From: Candidatus Sumerlaeaceae bacterium
Lineage (GTDB): Bacteria; Sumerlaeota; Sumerlaeia; Sumerlaeales; Sumerlaeaceae
Assembly (NCBI GenBank): GCA_051003195.1
Contig: JBPCLP010000023.1
Location: 1-19,071, forward strand
Direction of reading: 5' to 3'
Length of the DNA stretch: 19,071 nt
Position numbers and translations under genes: made by a program. Shown here piece by piece: positions 9,298 to 16,915 of the stretch. Numbering within the stretch: position 1 is the first letter of the stretch; each line of letters begins with the position of its first letter. Below the pieces are notes generated by a model. The model had not been told where the DNA came from and made no database searches. It saw only the letters and a program-made list of their open reading frames with translations.

Positions 9298-10559
9298 GCG
9301 AGGATCTCCACGGTCTTTCGAAGTGTCTCTGCGAAAAACTCGATTTCCTTGCGCGTATTGTAAAGAGCGAAACTGGCTCGCGCTGTGGCAGGTACGCCAT
9401 AAAATTCCATAACCGGTTGAGCACAGTGATGGCCTGTGCGAATCGCGACGCCTTCCTGGTCGAGGAACGTCCCGAGATCGTGGGGATGAACACGCTCTAC
9501 AATGAACGAGAGCACGCTCGCTTTCGTCTCTGCTTCTCCGATGATCCGAACGCCGGGCACAGCGCGCACCAACTGGGTCGCGTAATCGAGCAGCTCGGTC
9601 TCGTGCTGTGCGATGGATTCAATTCCGACGCTCTCCACAAAGTTGAGTGCGGCGGCGAGACCCACAGCGCCAGCGATATCGGGCGTCCCTGCTTCGAAAC
9701 GATACGGCGGTACATTGTAGGTGGTCTTCTCAAAGGAGACACTACGAATCATATCGCCGCCGCCCTGCCACGGCGGCATTGCTTCAAGCAATTCCGCTTT
9801 ACCGTACAGCGCGCCAATACCGGTGGGTCCATAAACCTTGTGTCCCGACAATGCGTAAAAATCTGTATCGAGACTGCGGACATCCACGTGAAGGTGCGGG
9901 AGCGCCTGCGCGCCATCGATAACGACGCGTGCCCCAGCCTCGTGCGCCATTCGGATGATATCACCGATTGGATTCACGGTACCGAGCGCGTTGGATACAT
10001 GGTTAACAGCGACAAGTCGCGTACGGCCGTTCAGCAGGCGCGCGTACTCGTCCATCAGCAGCTCGCCACGTTCGGACATCGGGATGATACGCAGCGTTGC
10101 GCCGGTCTGCGCGCACAGCATTTGCCAGGGTACGATGTTGGAGTGATGCTCCATGGCCGAGATGAGAATCTCGTCGCCTGTCGTCACGTTTGTGCGCCCG
10201 TAACTGAAGGCCACAAGGTTTATTGCTTCCGTCGCGCCCCGAACGAAAAGTATTTCGCCCGGCTGCTCCGCGTTAACGTACTGTGCGATACGTGCGCGGG
10301 CACCTTCATATTGCTCGGTAGCCAGTTCGCTCAGGCGGTGAACGGCACGATGCACGTTTGCGTTGGATGTCTGGTAATAGCGTTCAACAGCGTCCAGCAT
10401 CTGCCGCGGCTTTTGTGTCGTCGCCGCGTTGTCCAGGTACACGAGGTCCTTGCCACGGACTTGCTGCGCAAGAATCGGAAACGAGCGTCGTATCCGGTCC
10501 ACGTCAAAAGGCGCTGCGCTTGTGGCTAATTCAGGAACAGCGCTCCCGGCAATCACCAC
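9294..10559 (-). CDS. sufS: Cysteine desulfurase SufS (group II)
   Basis: YLDNAATTQKP, EHHSNIVPWQ, PLP lysine in SGHKVYGPTG and catalytic RTGHHCA. Confidence 0.97.
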   Translation of the reverse strand: MVIAGSAVPELATSAAPFDVDRIRRSFPILAQQVRGKDLVYLDNAATTQKPRQMLDAVERYYQTSNANVHRAVHRLSELATEQYEGARARIAQYVNAEQPGEILFVRGATEAINLVAFSYGRTNVTTGDEILISAMEHHSNIVPWQMLCAQTGATLRIIPMSERGELLMDEYARLLNGRTRLVAVNHVSNALGTVNPIGDIIRMAHEAGARVVIDGAQALPHLHVDVRSLDTDFYALSGHKVYGPTGIGALYGKAELLEAMPPWQGGGDMIRSVSFEKTTYNVPPYRFEAGTPDIAGAVGLAAALNFVESVGIESIAQHETELLDYATQLVRAVPGVRIIGEAETKASVLSFIVERVHPHDLGTFLDQEGVAIRTGHHCAQPVMEFYGVPATARASFALYNTRKEIEFFAETLRKTVEILA

Positions 10560-10561
10560 AC

Positions 10562-11890
10562 TTACCCCTGTACGGCCTGCGACGAGAGCACCTGCCGCTC
10601 CAGCTCGACGCGAAGTGGCTCCAGCTTGATCTTTTCAACAACGTCATTGGCAAACGCGTAGGTCAGAATGCGGCGCGCTTCCTCCATCGGAATTCCGCGC
10701 GCGCGCAGGTAGTAGAGCTGGGTCTTGTCCAGTTGTCCGATAGTTGCACCATGCGTGCACTTTACGTCGTCGGCGAAAATCTCCAGCTGCGGATTCGTAT
10801 TAATCAGCGCCTGCTGAGATAAGAGAAGATTTCTGTTCGTTTGCTTTGCATTGGTCTTCTGCGCGATCTGCCGCACCATAATTTTCCCGTTAAACACGCC
10901 GCGCGCCTGCCCGTCGAGAATGCCTTTGTAGAACTCGTGGCTCTCGCAGCGAGGGTGCGCGTGATCGATGCGCGTGTGGTTGTCGACGTGCTGTTTGCCG
11001 CCGATCTGGTACAGCCCATTCATGGTCGATAGACAGCCTTCGCCCGCCAGGGTGAAGCTGATGTCGTTTCGCACGAGCCCGCCGCCGAAAGTTACTGCCT
11101 GCGTCGAGAAGTTGCTCGCGCGCTCCTGCTTAATTTCCAGGGTGTTAAAGTGAAACGCGCTTCTGCTTTCCTGCTGATACCGGTAGTGGTCGATTACGGC
11201 ATCCTGGGCCACAGCGACTTCCGTGACAGCGTTCGTCAGGTAAATCTCACCATCGACTCCGGCGTATGTCTCCACAATGGTCGCCTGGCTATGGCGCTCC
11301 GCCACTATAAGGTTCCGGGGATGCGAGACAATGGCGCCCGCTGGCGACGTAGCCAGGAACAGGAGGTGGATAGGTTCCTCGATAACTGCGTTTTCCAGCA
11401 CGTGCACGTATGCGCCGTCCTGGAACATCGCGGTGTTCAGTGCGACGAAAGGGTGATCCGGATCGGTTATGAGCTTCGTCAAATACCGTTCGATTGCAGG
11501 CGGCCTTGCCTCCAGCGAACGCTGCAAGCTTCCGACCGTGACACCGGAAGGGATTCCATCGAGTTTTGAAAGCTCCGCGGAAAAGAAGCCGTTTACGAAT
11601 ACCATTCGGATAGACGTCAGGCCGGACAATAGCTTGTAGTTCGTGCCATCCAGGTCTGCCTGGGCGCCAGGCGTTGCGACCTGGAACTGATGCTGCGCGA
11701 GCGGCGCAACGCTCGTAAAGCGCCAGTCTTCCTGGCGTGTATTCGGCAGGCCGAGTTTCGAAAACCTGTTGATCGCGGAGCGGCGAACTTCCTTCAGCCC
11801 GTTTTGATCATGGAATTCGCCTTTGCTTTCCAACTGATCAAAAGCGGACGCGAACTGCTCCACCGTTTTTGGGCCTGTTGCTTCTGTCAT
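10562..11890 (-). CDS. sufD: Fe-S cluster assembly protein SufD
   Basis: EDWRFT, LNTA, VFNGKI.V...AQKT, PQLEIFADDVKCTHGAT and YLRARGI. Confidence 0.96.
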   Translation of the reverse strand: MTEATGPKTVEQFASAFDQLESKGEFHDQNGLKEVRRSAINRFSKLGLPNTRQEDWRFTSVAPLAQHQFQVATPGAQADLDGTNYKLLSGLTSIRMVFVNGFFSAELSKLDGIPSGVTVGSLQRSLEARPPAIERYLTKLITDPDHPFVALNTAMFQDGAYVHVLENAVIEEPIHLLFLATSPAGAIVSHPRNLIVAERHSQATIVETYAGVDGEIYLTNAVTEVAVAQDAVIDHYRYQQESRSAFHFNTLEIKQERASNFSTQAVTFGGGLVRNDISFTLAGEGCLSTMNGLYQIGGKQHVDNHTRIDHAHPRCESHEFYKGILDGQARGVFNGKIMVRQIAQKTNAKQTNRNLLLSQQALINTNPQLEIFADDVKCTHGATIGQLDKTQLYYLRARGIPMEEARRILTYAFANDVVEKIKLEPLRVELERQVLSSQAVQG

Positions 11891-12648
11891 CAGGCGGCGT
11901 CCTCGTTTTCAATCCAGGAGTAGCCCTTTGCTTCCAGCTCAAGCGCGAGGTCCTTGCCGCCGGACTTTGCGATGCGACCGTTTGCCAGTACATGCACGAA
12001 ATCCGGGATGATGAAATTTAAAAGGCGCTGATAATGCGTCACCAGCAGGATTGACCGTTCCGGGTTACGCAACGCGTTTACCCCTTCAGCGACGGCTTTC
12101 AGCGCATCGATATCCAGGCCTGAGTCGGTCTCATCCAGAATCGCCAGCTTTGGATTCAGCACGGCCATCTGGAAGATCTCGTTCCGTTTTTTCTCGCCGC
12201 CCGAAAAGCCCTCGTTCACCGGTCGGTTCAGCAGCGAGTCGTCGATGTGAAGAATCTTCAGGTTTTTGCGCACAACCTGCAGGAAGTCCATGGCGTCGAG
12301 TTCGGGTTCGCCGCGGTACTTGCGCACGGCATTTACTGCTGCCTTGAGGAAGTACGTGTTGCTGACGCCGGGAATTTCCACGGGGTACTGGAAGGCAAGG
12401 AAGACACCTTCACCCGCACGCTCTTCCGGAGCCATGTCCAGCAGGTCCTTGCCGTTATAAGTGACTGAACCTTGCGTGATCTCATAGTCTTCCTTGCCGG
12501 CGAGCACCTGGGCCAGCGTGCTCTTTCCGGAACCGTTCGGGCCCATGATAGCGTGAACCTCGCCCGGCTTAATCGTCAGGTCGATACCCTTCAGAATTTC
12601 CTGCCCGTCCACCGACGCGTGGAGGTTCTTAATTTCTAACATTGCCAT
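11890..12648 (-). CDS. sufC: Fe-S cluster assembly ATPase SufC
   Basis: GPNGSGKST, FQYPVEIPGV, NEGFSGGEKKRNE, LDETDSGLDIDA and THYQRLL; TGATG overlap with sufD. Confidence 0.98.
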   Translation of the reverse strand: MAMLEIKNLHASVDGQEILKGIDLTIKPGEVHAIMGPNGSGKSTLAQVLAGKEDYEITQGSVTYNGKDLLDMAPEERAGEGVFLAFQYPVEIPGVSNTYFLKAAVNAVRKYRGEPELDAMDFLQVVRKNLKILHIDDSLLNRPVNEGFSGGEKKRNEIFQMAVLNPKLAILDETDSGLDIDALKAVAEGVNALRNPERSILLVTHYQRLLNFIIPDFVHVLANGRIAKSGGKDLALELEAKGYSWIENEDAA

Positions 12649-12695
12649 TCAGTATCACTTTCCAGGATTCCTTCTGATTTCACGCCCGAGCTTAG

Positions 12696-13151
12696 TCATG
12701 CCCGAATTTCCTGCCATGGCGCGGCTGGAACCATTCTGTTCAGGTGCCGCGCGTTTGCAGTCGCCACAATTACTTCGTTTTCATTGCTCTCAAATGCAAG
12801 TGCCTGCGCCGCAACAATTACATCTGCGTCGAGCGCAGCACGATCCGCGGTCGGTAAACCGGCTTGTCTTAACATAGCCCACAGACTAGCCGCATGACGC
12901 ATGTGCTCAGTATCAATTGGGAGATATTGCAGGCGCTGATGCAGAGCATCTAATCGGGCTACCGAGGAGAGCTTACGCGCTCGAAGAAGTTCTCGCCGAG
13001 TTTCATAGTCGACGATTTCCGGCAAAACTACTCTGATGCCAATTCGTAATAAGCGTGTTACCCACTGCTCACATACAAGACTCCGTCCGGCGTGAACAGG
13101 AGATGTTAACAGGCCCAATGGCTCTGAATCTAGTACGACCACTTGTTTCAC
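12696..13151 (-). CDS. PIN-domain (VapC-like) ribonuclease toxin
   Basis: N-terminal beta-strand ending in Asp (VVVLDS), PEIVDYE.RRELLR, ALDADVIVAAQA and VATAN.RHL, matching a PIN acidic-site layout. Start is GTG 13151, or GTG 13142 with GAGGAG 8 nt upstream. Confidence 0.88.
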   Translation of the reverse strand: MKQVVVLDSEPLGLLTSPVHAGRSLVCEQWVTRLLRIGIRVVLPEIVDYETRRELLRARKLSSVARLDALHQRLQYLPIDTEHMRHAASLWAMLRQAGLPTADRAALDADVIVAAQALAFESNENEVIVATANARHLNRMVPAAPWQEIRA

Positions 13152-13444
13152 TCCTCGTCAAACATCCGACGTGGTGGAGCGCAGTTCGCGTTGCATTCGC
13201 GCTTAAATTCTTTCCATTCATCCTCTCTTCGTTTTAGCTCTTCGGGATCATCAGTTGCATCCTCTTTAGCCCATTCTGCGAAGAGTTCTTCTACCTGCGC
13301 GGCGCGCTGTTGCGGCGGAATTTTGTCGTATTTATCCAGAAGATTCTGAGTCTTTGGATCCAGCTTTGTGCGCCGCTTTGCTTGTTCATAATAGTCACGC
13401 AAATTGATAGATGTTTCCGGTTGCTTCTGCTCAGCTATACTCAT
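13148..13444 (-). CDS. Small charged protein, putative cognate antitoxin of the PIN toxin
   Basis: 98 aa, directly upstream of the PIN gene with a GTGA overlap; ATGA overlap with the sufB stop; acidic helical segment [19 protein letters not shown]. Antitoxin role is inferred from position. Confidence 0.72.
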   Translation of the reverse strand: MSIAEQKQPETSINLRDYYEQAKRRTKLDPKTQNLLDKYDKIPPQQRAAQVEELFAEWAKEDATDDPEELKRREDEWKEFKRECNANCAPPRRMFDEE

Positions 13445-14889
13445 CCAACACTCCCTTCCAAACTGATCCCCAGCAGCTTCTGCGCCTCGACGGCGAACTC
13501 CATCGGCAGCTCACGGAACACTTCCTTACAAAAGCCGTTCACGATCAGGCTCACGGCATCCTCGGTGCTGATGCCACGCTGCCTGCAGTAGAAGAGCTGG
13601 TCCTCGCCGATTTTTGAAGTGGAGGCCTCGTGCTCCATTTGAGCGGTTGAGTTCTGCACGTCGATATAGGGAAAGGTGTGCGCCCCGCACTGGTCGCCGA
13701 TCAGCAGCGAATCGCACTGCGAAAAATTACGCGCACCATCGGCTCCCTTGGTGATCTTCACCTGGCCGCGGTAGGTGTTCTGCCCTCGACCCGCGGAGAT
13801 TCCTTTGGAGACAATCGTGCTCGAAGTGTTCTTTCCGATGTGGATCATCTTCGTTCCGGTGTCTGCCTGCTGCATATTGTTCGTCACAGCCACGGAGTAA
13901 AACTCGCCAACCGAGTCGTCGCCGATCAATACGCAGCCGGGGTATTTCCAGGTGATCGCACTGCCGGTCTCAACCTGCGTCCACGAGATCTTCGATTTTT
14001 TACCGGCGCACTTGCCGCGCTTTGTGACGAAATTGTAAATGCCGCCGACACCATCTTTATCACCGGGGTACCAATTCTGAACCGTCGAATACTTGATGGT
14101 CGCGTTATCGTGTGCAATCAACTCAACGACAGCCGCGTGCAATTGGTTCTCGTCGCGCATCGGAGCCGTGCAGCCTTCGAGGTAGCTCACGTACGAGCCT
14201 TCATCCGCAATAATCAGCGTACGTTCAAACTGCCCCGTCTTGGCTGCATTGATACGGAAGTAGGTAGACAGCTCCATCGGACAGCGAACGCCTTTTGGAA
14301 TGTAGACGAACGAGCCGTCACTGAAAACGGCGCTGTTTAAAGTCGCGAAGAAGTTGTCCGTGTATGGCACGACCGTGCCTAAATAGGATTTCACGAGGGC
14401 CGGGTGGTTGTGCACTGCCTCTGAAAACGAGCAGAAGATAATTCCCATTTCTCCCAGCTTCTCGCGGAACGTAGTAGCCACGGACACGCTGTCGAACACC
14501 GCGTCAACCGCGACGCCGGCCAGCAGTTCCTGCTCTTTCAGCGGAATACCGAGCTTCTCATAAACCTTCAGCAATTCCGGATCAACTTCTTCCAGGCTCT
14601 TGGGTGCATCACCCTTCTGCTTAGGGGCCGAGTAATAAATGATGTCCTGGTAATCAATCTTTGGATACTTTACGTTTGGCCATGTAGGCTCCTGCATCGT
14701 CAGCCAGTGCCGGTATGCCTTGAGGCGCCACTGCAGCATGAACTCAGGCTCTTCTTTTTTAGCGGAGATAATCCGGATGACGTCTTCGCTAAGGCCTGCC
14801 GGAATTTCATCAGCGTCGATCTGGCTTACGAATCCGTATTTGTATTCCTGGATCGCGAGTTCTTCAACGGTGCTGGTTGCAGTTGTCAT
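13441..14889 (-). CDS. sufB: Fe-S cluster assembly protein SufB
   Basis: [54 protein letters not shown] and LPMEFAVEA; 482 aa, no intein. Confidence 0.98.
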   Translation of the reverse strand: MTTATSTVEELAIQEYKYGFVSQIDADEIPAGLSEDVIRIISAKKEEPEFMLQWRLKAYRHWLTMQEPTWPNVKYPKIDYQDIIYYSAPKQKGDAPKSLEEVDPELLKVYEKLGIPLKEQELLAGVAVDAVFDSVSVATTFREKLGEMGIIFCSFSEAVHNHPALVKSYLGTVVPYTDNFFATLNSAVFSDGSFVYIPKGVRCPMELSTYFRINAAKTGQFERTLIIADEGSYVSYLEGCTAPMRDENQLHAAVVELIAHDNATIKYSTVQNWYPGDKDGVGGIYNFVTKRGKCAGKKSKISWTQVETGSAITWKYPGCVLIGDDSVGEFYSVAVTNNMQQADTGTKMIHIGKNTSSTIVSKGISAGRGQNTYRGQVKITKGADGARNFSQCDSLLIGDQCGAHTFPYIDVQNSTAQMEHEASTSKIGEDQLFYCRQRGISTEDAVSLIVNGFCKEVFRELPMEFAVEAQKLLGISLEGSVG

Positions 14890-15464
14890 TGTTTAGGTCC
14901 TTTAGTGCTGCGGAGATGCGCGGAAGTCGATTCATCGTGTCCACATGTGCATGCCGGCGTGCCTCCACCGCAGCTTCCCGTGGTGCAGTTCATTGCCGCT
15001 GAAATTCTATCCTTGCGGCTGTCGTGACGCGCCTGTTTGGTGGCGGTAGCGTTTTCTGTCTGAGCCAGTTCCTGCAAAGAAACCTGGCAAAGTGCGTTGC
15101 GGACGACATGCGTAATCTGCTGCCAGTGTGATTTGTTCGGGCACTTATCCTCGATGGCGCAGCCTTTTCCACCGTCGGGGGTAGTACAGTCGGTGAAGGC
15201 AATCGGGCCTTCCAATGCCTCAATGATATCCGTAGCCGAGATTGACCGGGCATTACGCGCGAGCGAATAGCCTCCCTTAACACCCCGGTGTGCTTGCAAC
15301 AACCCACTACGTGTTAGAACTTTCAGAAGCTTACTTACGGTTGGAAGCGGCAAGCGGGTCTCTGTCGCGAGGTCGCGTGCATTGATCAGCTCGTCCGCAT
15401 CATGCGCAGTAAAACGGCTAAGCACGACGAAACCGTAGTCAGTCAATTTGCTCATTTTGATCAT
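14886..15464 (-). CDS. SUF system Rrf2-family (IscR-like) transcriptional regulator with a Cys-rich C-terminal extension
   Basis: MSKLTDY start, w[12 protein letters not shown], wing RGVKGGY.L, EALEGP and three Cys (C-x8-C-x5-C); first gene of the suf operon, with an ATGA overlap into sufB. Confidence 0.93.
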   Translation of the reverse strand: MIKMSKLTDYGFVVLSRFTAHDADELINARDLATETRLPLPTVSKLLKVLTRSGLLQAHRGVKGGYSLARNARSISATDIIEALEGPIAFTDCTTPDGGKGCAIEDKCPNKSHWQQITHVVRNALCQVSLQELAQTENATATKQARHDSRKDRISAAMNCTTGSCGGGTPACTCGHDESTSAHLRSTKGPKQ

Positions 15465-15478
15465 AGGGATTTGTGTAT

Positions 15479-15499
15479 ATAGGACTGATTTTGTACTGT
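15479..15499. promoter_or_regulatory. Putative Rrf2 autoregulatory operator
   Basis: Imperfect palindrome ATAGGAC-TGATTTT-GTACTGT in an AT-rich patch 15-35 nt upstream of the regulator ATG. Confidence 0.45.
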
Positions 15500-15600
15500 T
15501 TTATTCAAGACTCGTGCGCTTGCGCAGAGCTCTCTGGAGAAGCTCGAGACAATATGTGCGTGACACGCGCTGTGTCGTGCGAAGAATGGTCTACGCTCGC

Positions 15601-16347
15601 ATGTCCAAAACGTCAGATATCAGTGCTTCGGCAAGTTCGCTGCCGAATCCCTCCACTCTCGCCGATCCGCTCATCTCGATTATCATCCCCATCTTTAATG
15701 AGGAGGAACTGCTTCCGGTCGTTTTGAGTGAAGTGCGCAAGCTGCCGCTGCGGATTGAGCTGATTTTGGTCGACGATTATTCGAGCGACAAAACACCCGA
15801 TATTCTTTCTGCAGAAGCCCGGAAGCCTGGAACCCGTGTATTTCGACACGACGTAAACCGCGGTAAGGGAGCCGCAATTGTCACCGGGCTTAAGCATGCC
15901 ACGGGGGACATCGTGATCGTGCAGGATGCAGATATGGAGTACGATCCCCAGGACATTCTAAAAGTGATCGCACCGATAAAACGGGGCGAAACGCGCGTCT
16001 GTTATGGCTCAAGGTTTAAGGGTAAGGTCGTGGGAATGCGTCTGCCCAACCGTGTTGCCAATTGGCTGCTGGCCTGGCTGGTTTCAATACTATATGGCCA
16101 GCGCATTACCGATGAAGCGACTGCTTATAAGGCGTTTCGCCGCGACGTGATCCAGCGGATCGATCTCAAGTGTCAGCGGTTTGAATTCTGTCCGGAAGTT
16201 ACGGCAAAGGTCATGAAAGCGGGCGAGAGGATCATAGAAGTGCCCGTGCTTTACCGCGCGCGCACATTCGAAGAGGGCAAGAAAATCGGGTTTCGGGATT
16301 TTGTTACGGCAGTGAGGACTCTCGTGGTTTACAGGCTCATCAAGTAA
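15601..16347 (+). CDS. Glycosyltransferase family 2 (DPM1/polyprenyl-phosphate glycosyltransferase-like)
   Basis: SIIIPIFNEE, VDDYSSD, NRGKGAA, QDADMEYDP, YGSRF, ITDEATAYK, FEFCPE and R...EGKKI. Start is ATG 15601 or 15586; the ORF-track start at 15448 overlaps the Rrf2 gene. Confidence 0.93.
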   Translation: MSKTSDISASASSLPNPSTLADPLISIIIPIFNEEELLPVVLSEVRKLPLRIELILVDDYSSDKTPDILSAEARKPGTRVFRHDVNRGKGAAIVTGLKHATGDIVIVQDADMEYDPQDILKVIAPIKRGETRVCYGSRFKGKVVGMRLPNRVANWLLAWLVSILYGQRITDEATAYKAFRRDVIQRIDLKCQRFEFCPEVTAKVMKAGERIIEVPVLYRARTFEEGKKIGFRDFVTAVRTLVVYRLIK

Positions 16348-16459
16348 GCAAACTGCTCCATCGCTAGTGTGCCGAATCAGAAGTTCCTATCCAGTTTGAG
16401 CGCGGAAGATGAGCTCAGTTCGGCACACAGAACCGAATGCGCACTAACGGTAGACCACA

Positions 16460-16738
16460 CTAATACTCTTCCTCTTCTTCCTCCTCTTCCTCATCCTCGT
16501 CTTCATCTTCTTCGTCTTCATCGGCGCCTTCGTAGGGCTCGAACAAATTGCAGCCGCTGTCGCCTGAAACCATCAGGTCGTATTCTTCCAGGTCGGGATG
16601 CAGACAAGGAGCCAGCGTATCATCAGTCGCATCTTCGTCATCGCGATCGACATCAAAAAACTGGCAGTTCCGGCAAGGACCTACTTCACGCTCTTCCTCT
16701 ACTTCGTCGTCTTCCTCATCGTAGGGTTTCTTCGCCAT
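16460..16738 (-). CDS. Small highly acidic protein (92 aa) with a C-x2-C-x19-C-x17-C motif
   Basis: ATG at 16738 preceded by GAAAGGA; 44 of 92 residues are D/E; GAA/GAG/GAT/GAC codon runs. The ORF-track extension to 16870 is unlikely. Confidence 0.8.
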   Translation of the reverse strand: MAKKPYDEEDDEVEEEREVGPCRNCQFFDVDRDDEDATDDTLAPCLHPDLEEYDLMVSGDSGCNLFEPYEGADEDEEDEDEDEEEEEEEEEY

Positions 16739-16915
16739 AAGAAGAGATTGGTCCTTTCGAACATTTTGCAGACAGTCGTCGTCAACAGCGTGACTCACCC
16801 GAGCCTTGTCAAGGCCAAGGCTACGGCATGTTTTAGAGGCAAAATGCGGGCCGCATTTATGTTTTTTCATGGAACGCTTCCGAACGAAAAGCCCTTCACA
16901 ATTGTCTGTAGTCGC

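Noticed and set aside
9417..10529. 370-aa plus-strand ORF antisense to sufS, and similar ORFs 327..974, 13678..14340, 4038..4553, 6012..6587 and 6773..7270
   Set aside because: These are shadow ORFs opposite well-supported genes. They are expected from GC-rich codon bias and show no recognisable motifs.
12649..13444. The TA insert as an IS or transposon
   Set aside because: No transposase, terminal inverted repeats or flanking direct repeats were found.
13441..14889. Possible intein or other insertion in SufB
   Set aside because: The length (482 aa) and continuous SufB motifs leave no room for one.
16463..16522. (TCC/TTC/ATC)n trinucleotide tract as a possible microsatellite or phase-variation site
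   Set aside because: The tract is degenerate and is explained by encoding poly-Glu/Asp.
16598..16915. 106-aa N-terminal extension of the 16598..18016 ORF, including an apparent hydrophobic stretch
   Set aside because: It overlaps the acidic protein gene on the opposite strand, and the Phe/Leu/Val run is the antisense read of Asp/Glu codons. ATG 16916 gives a clean signal peptide.
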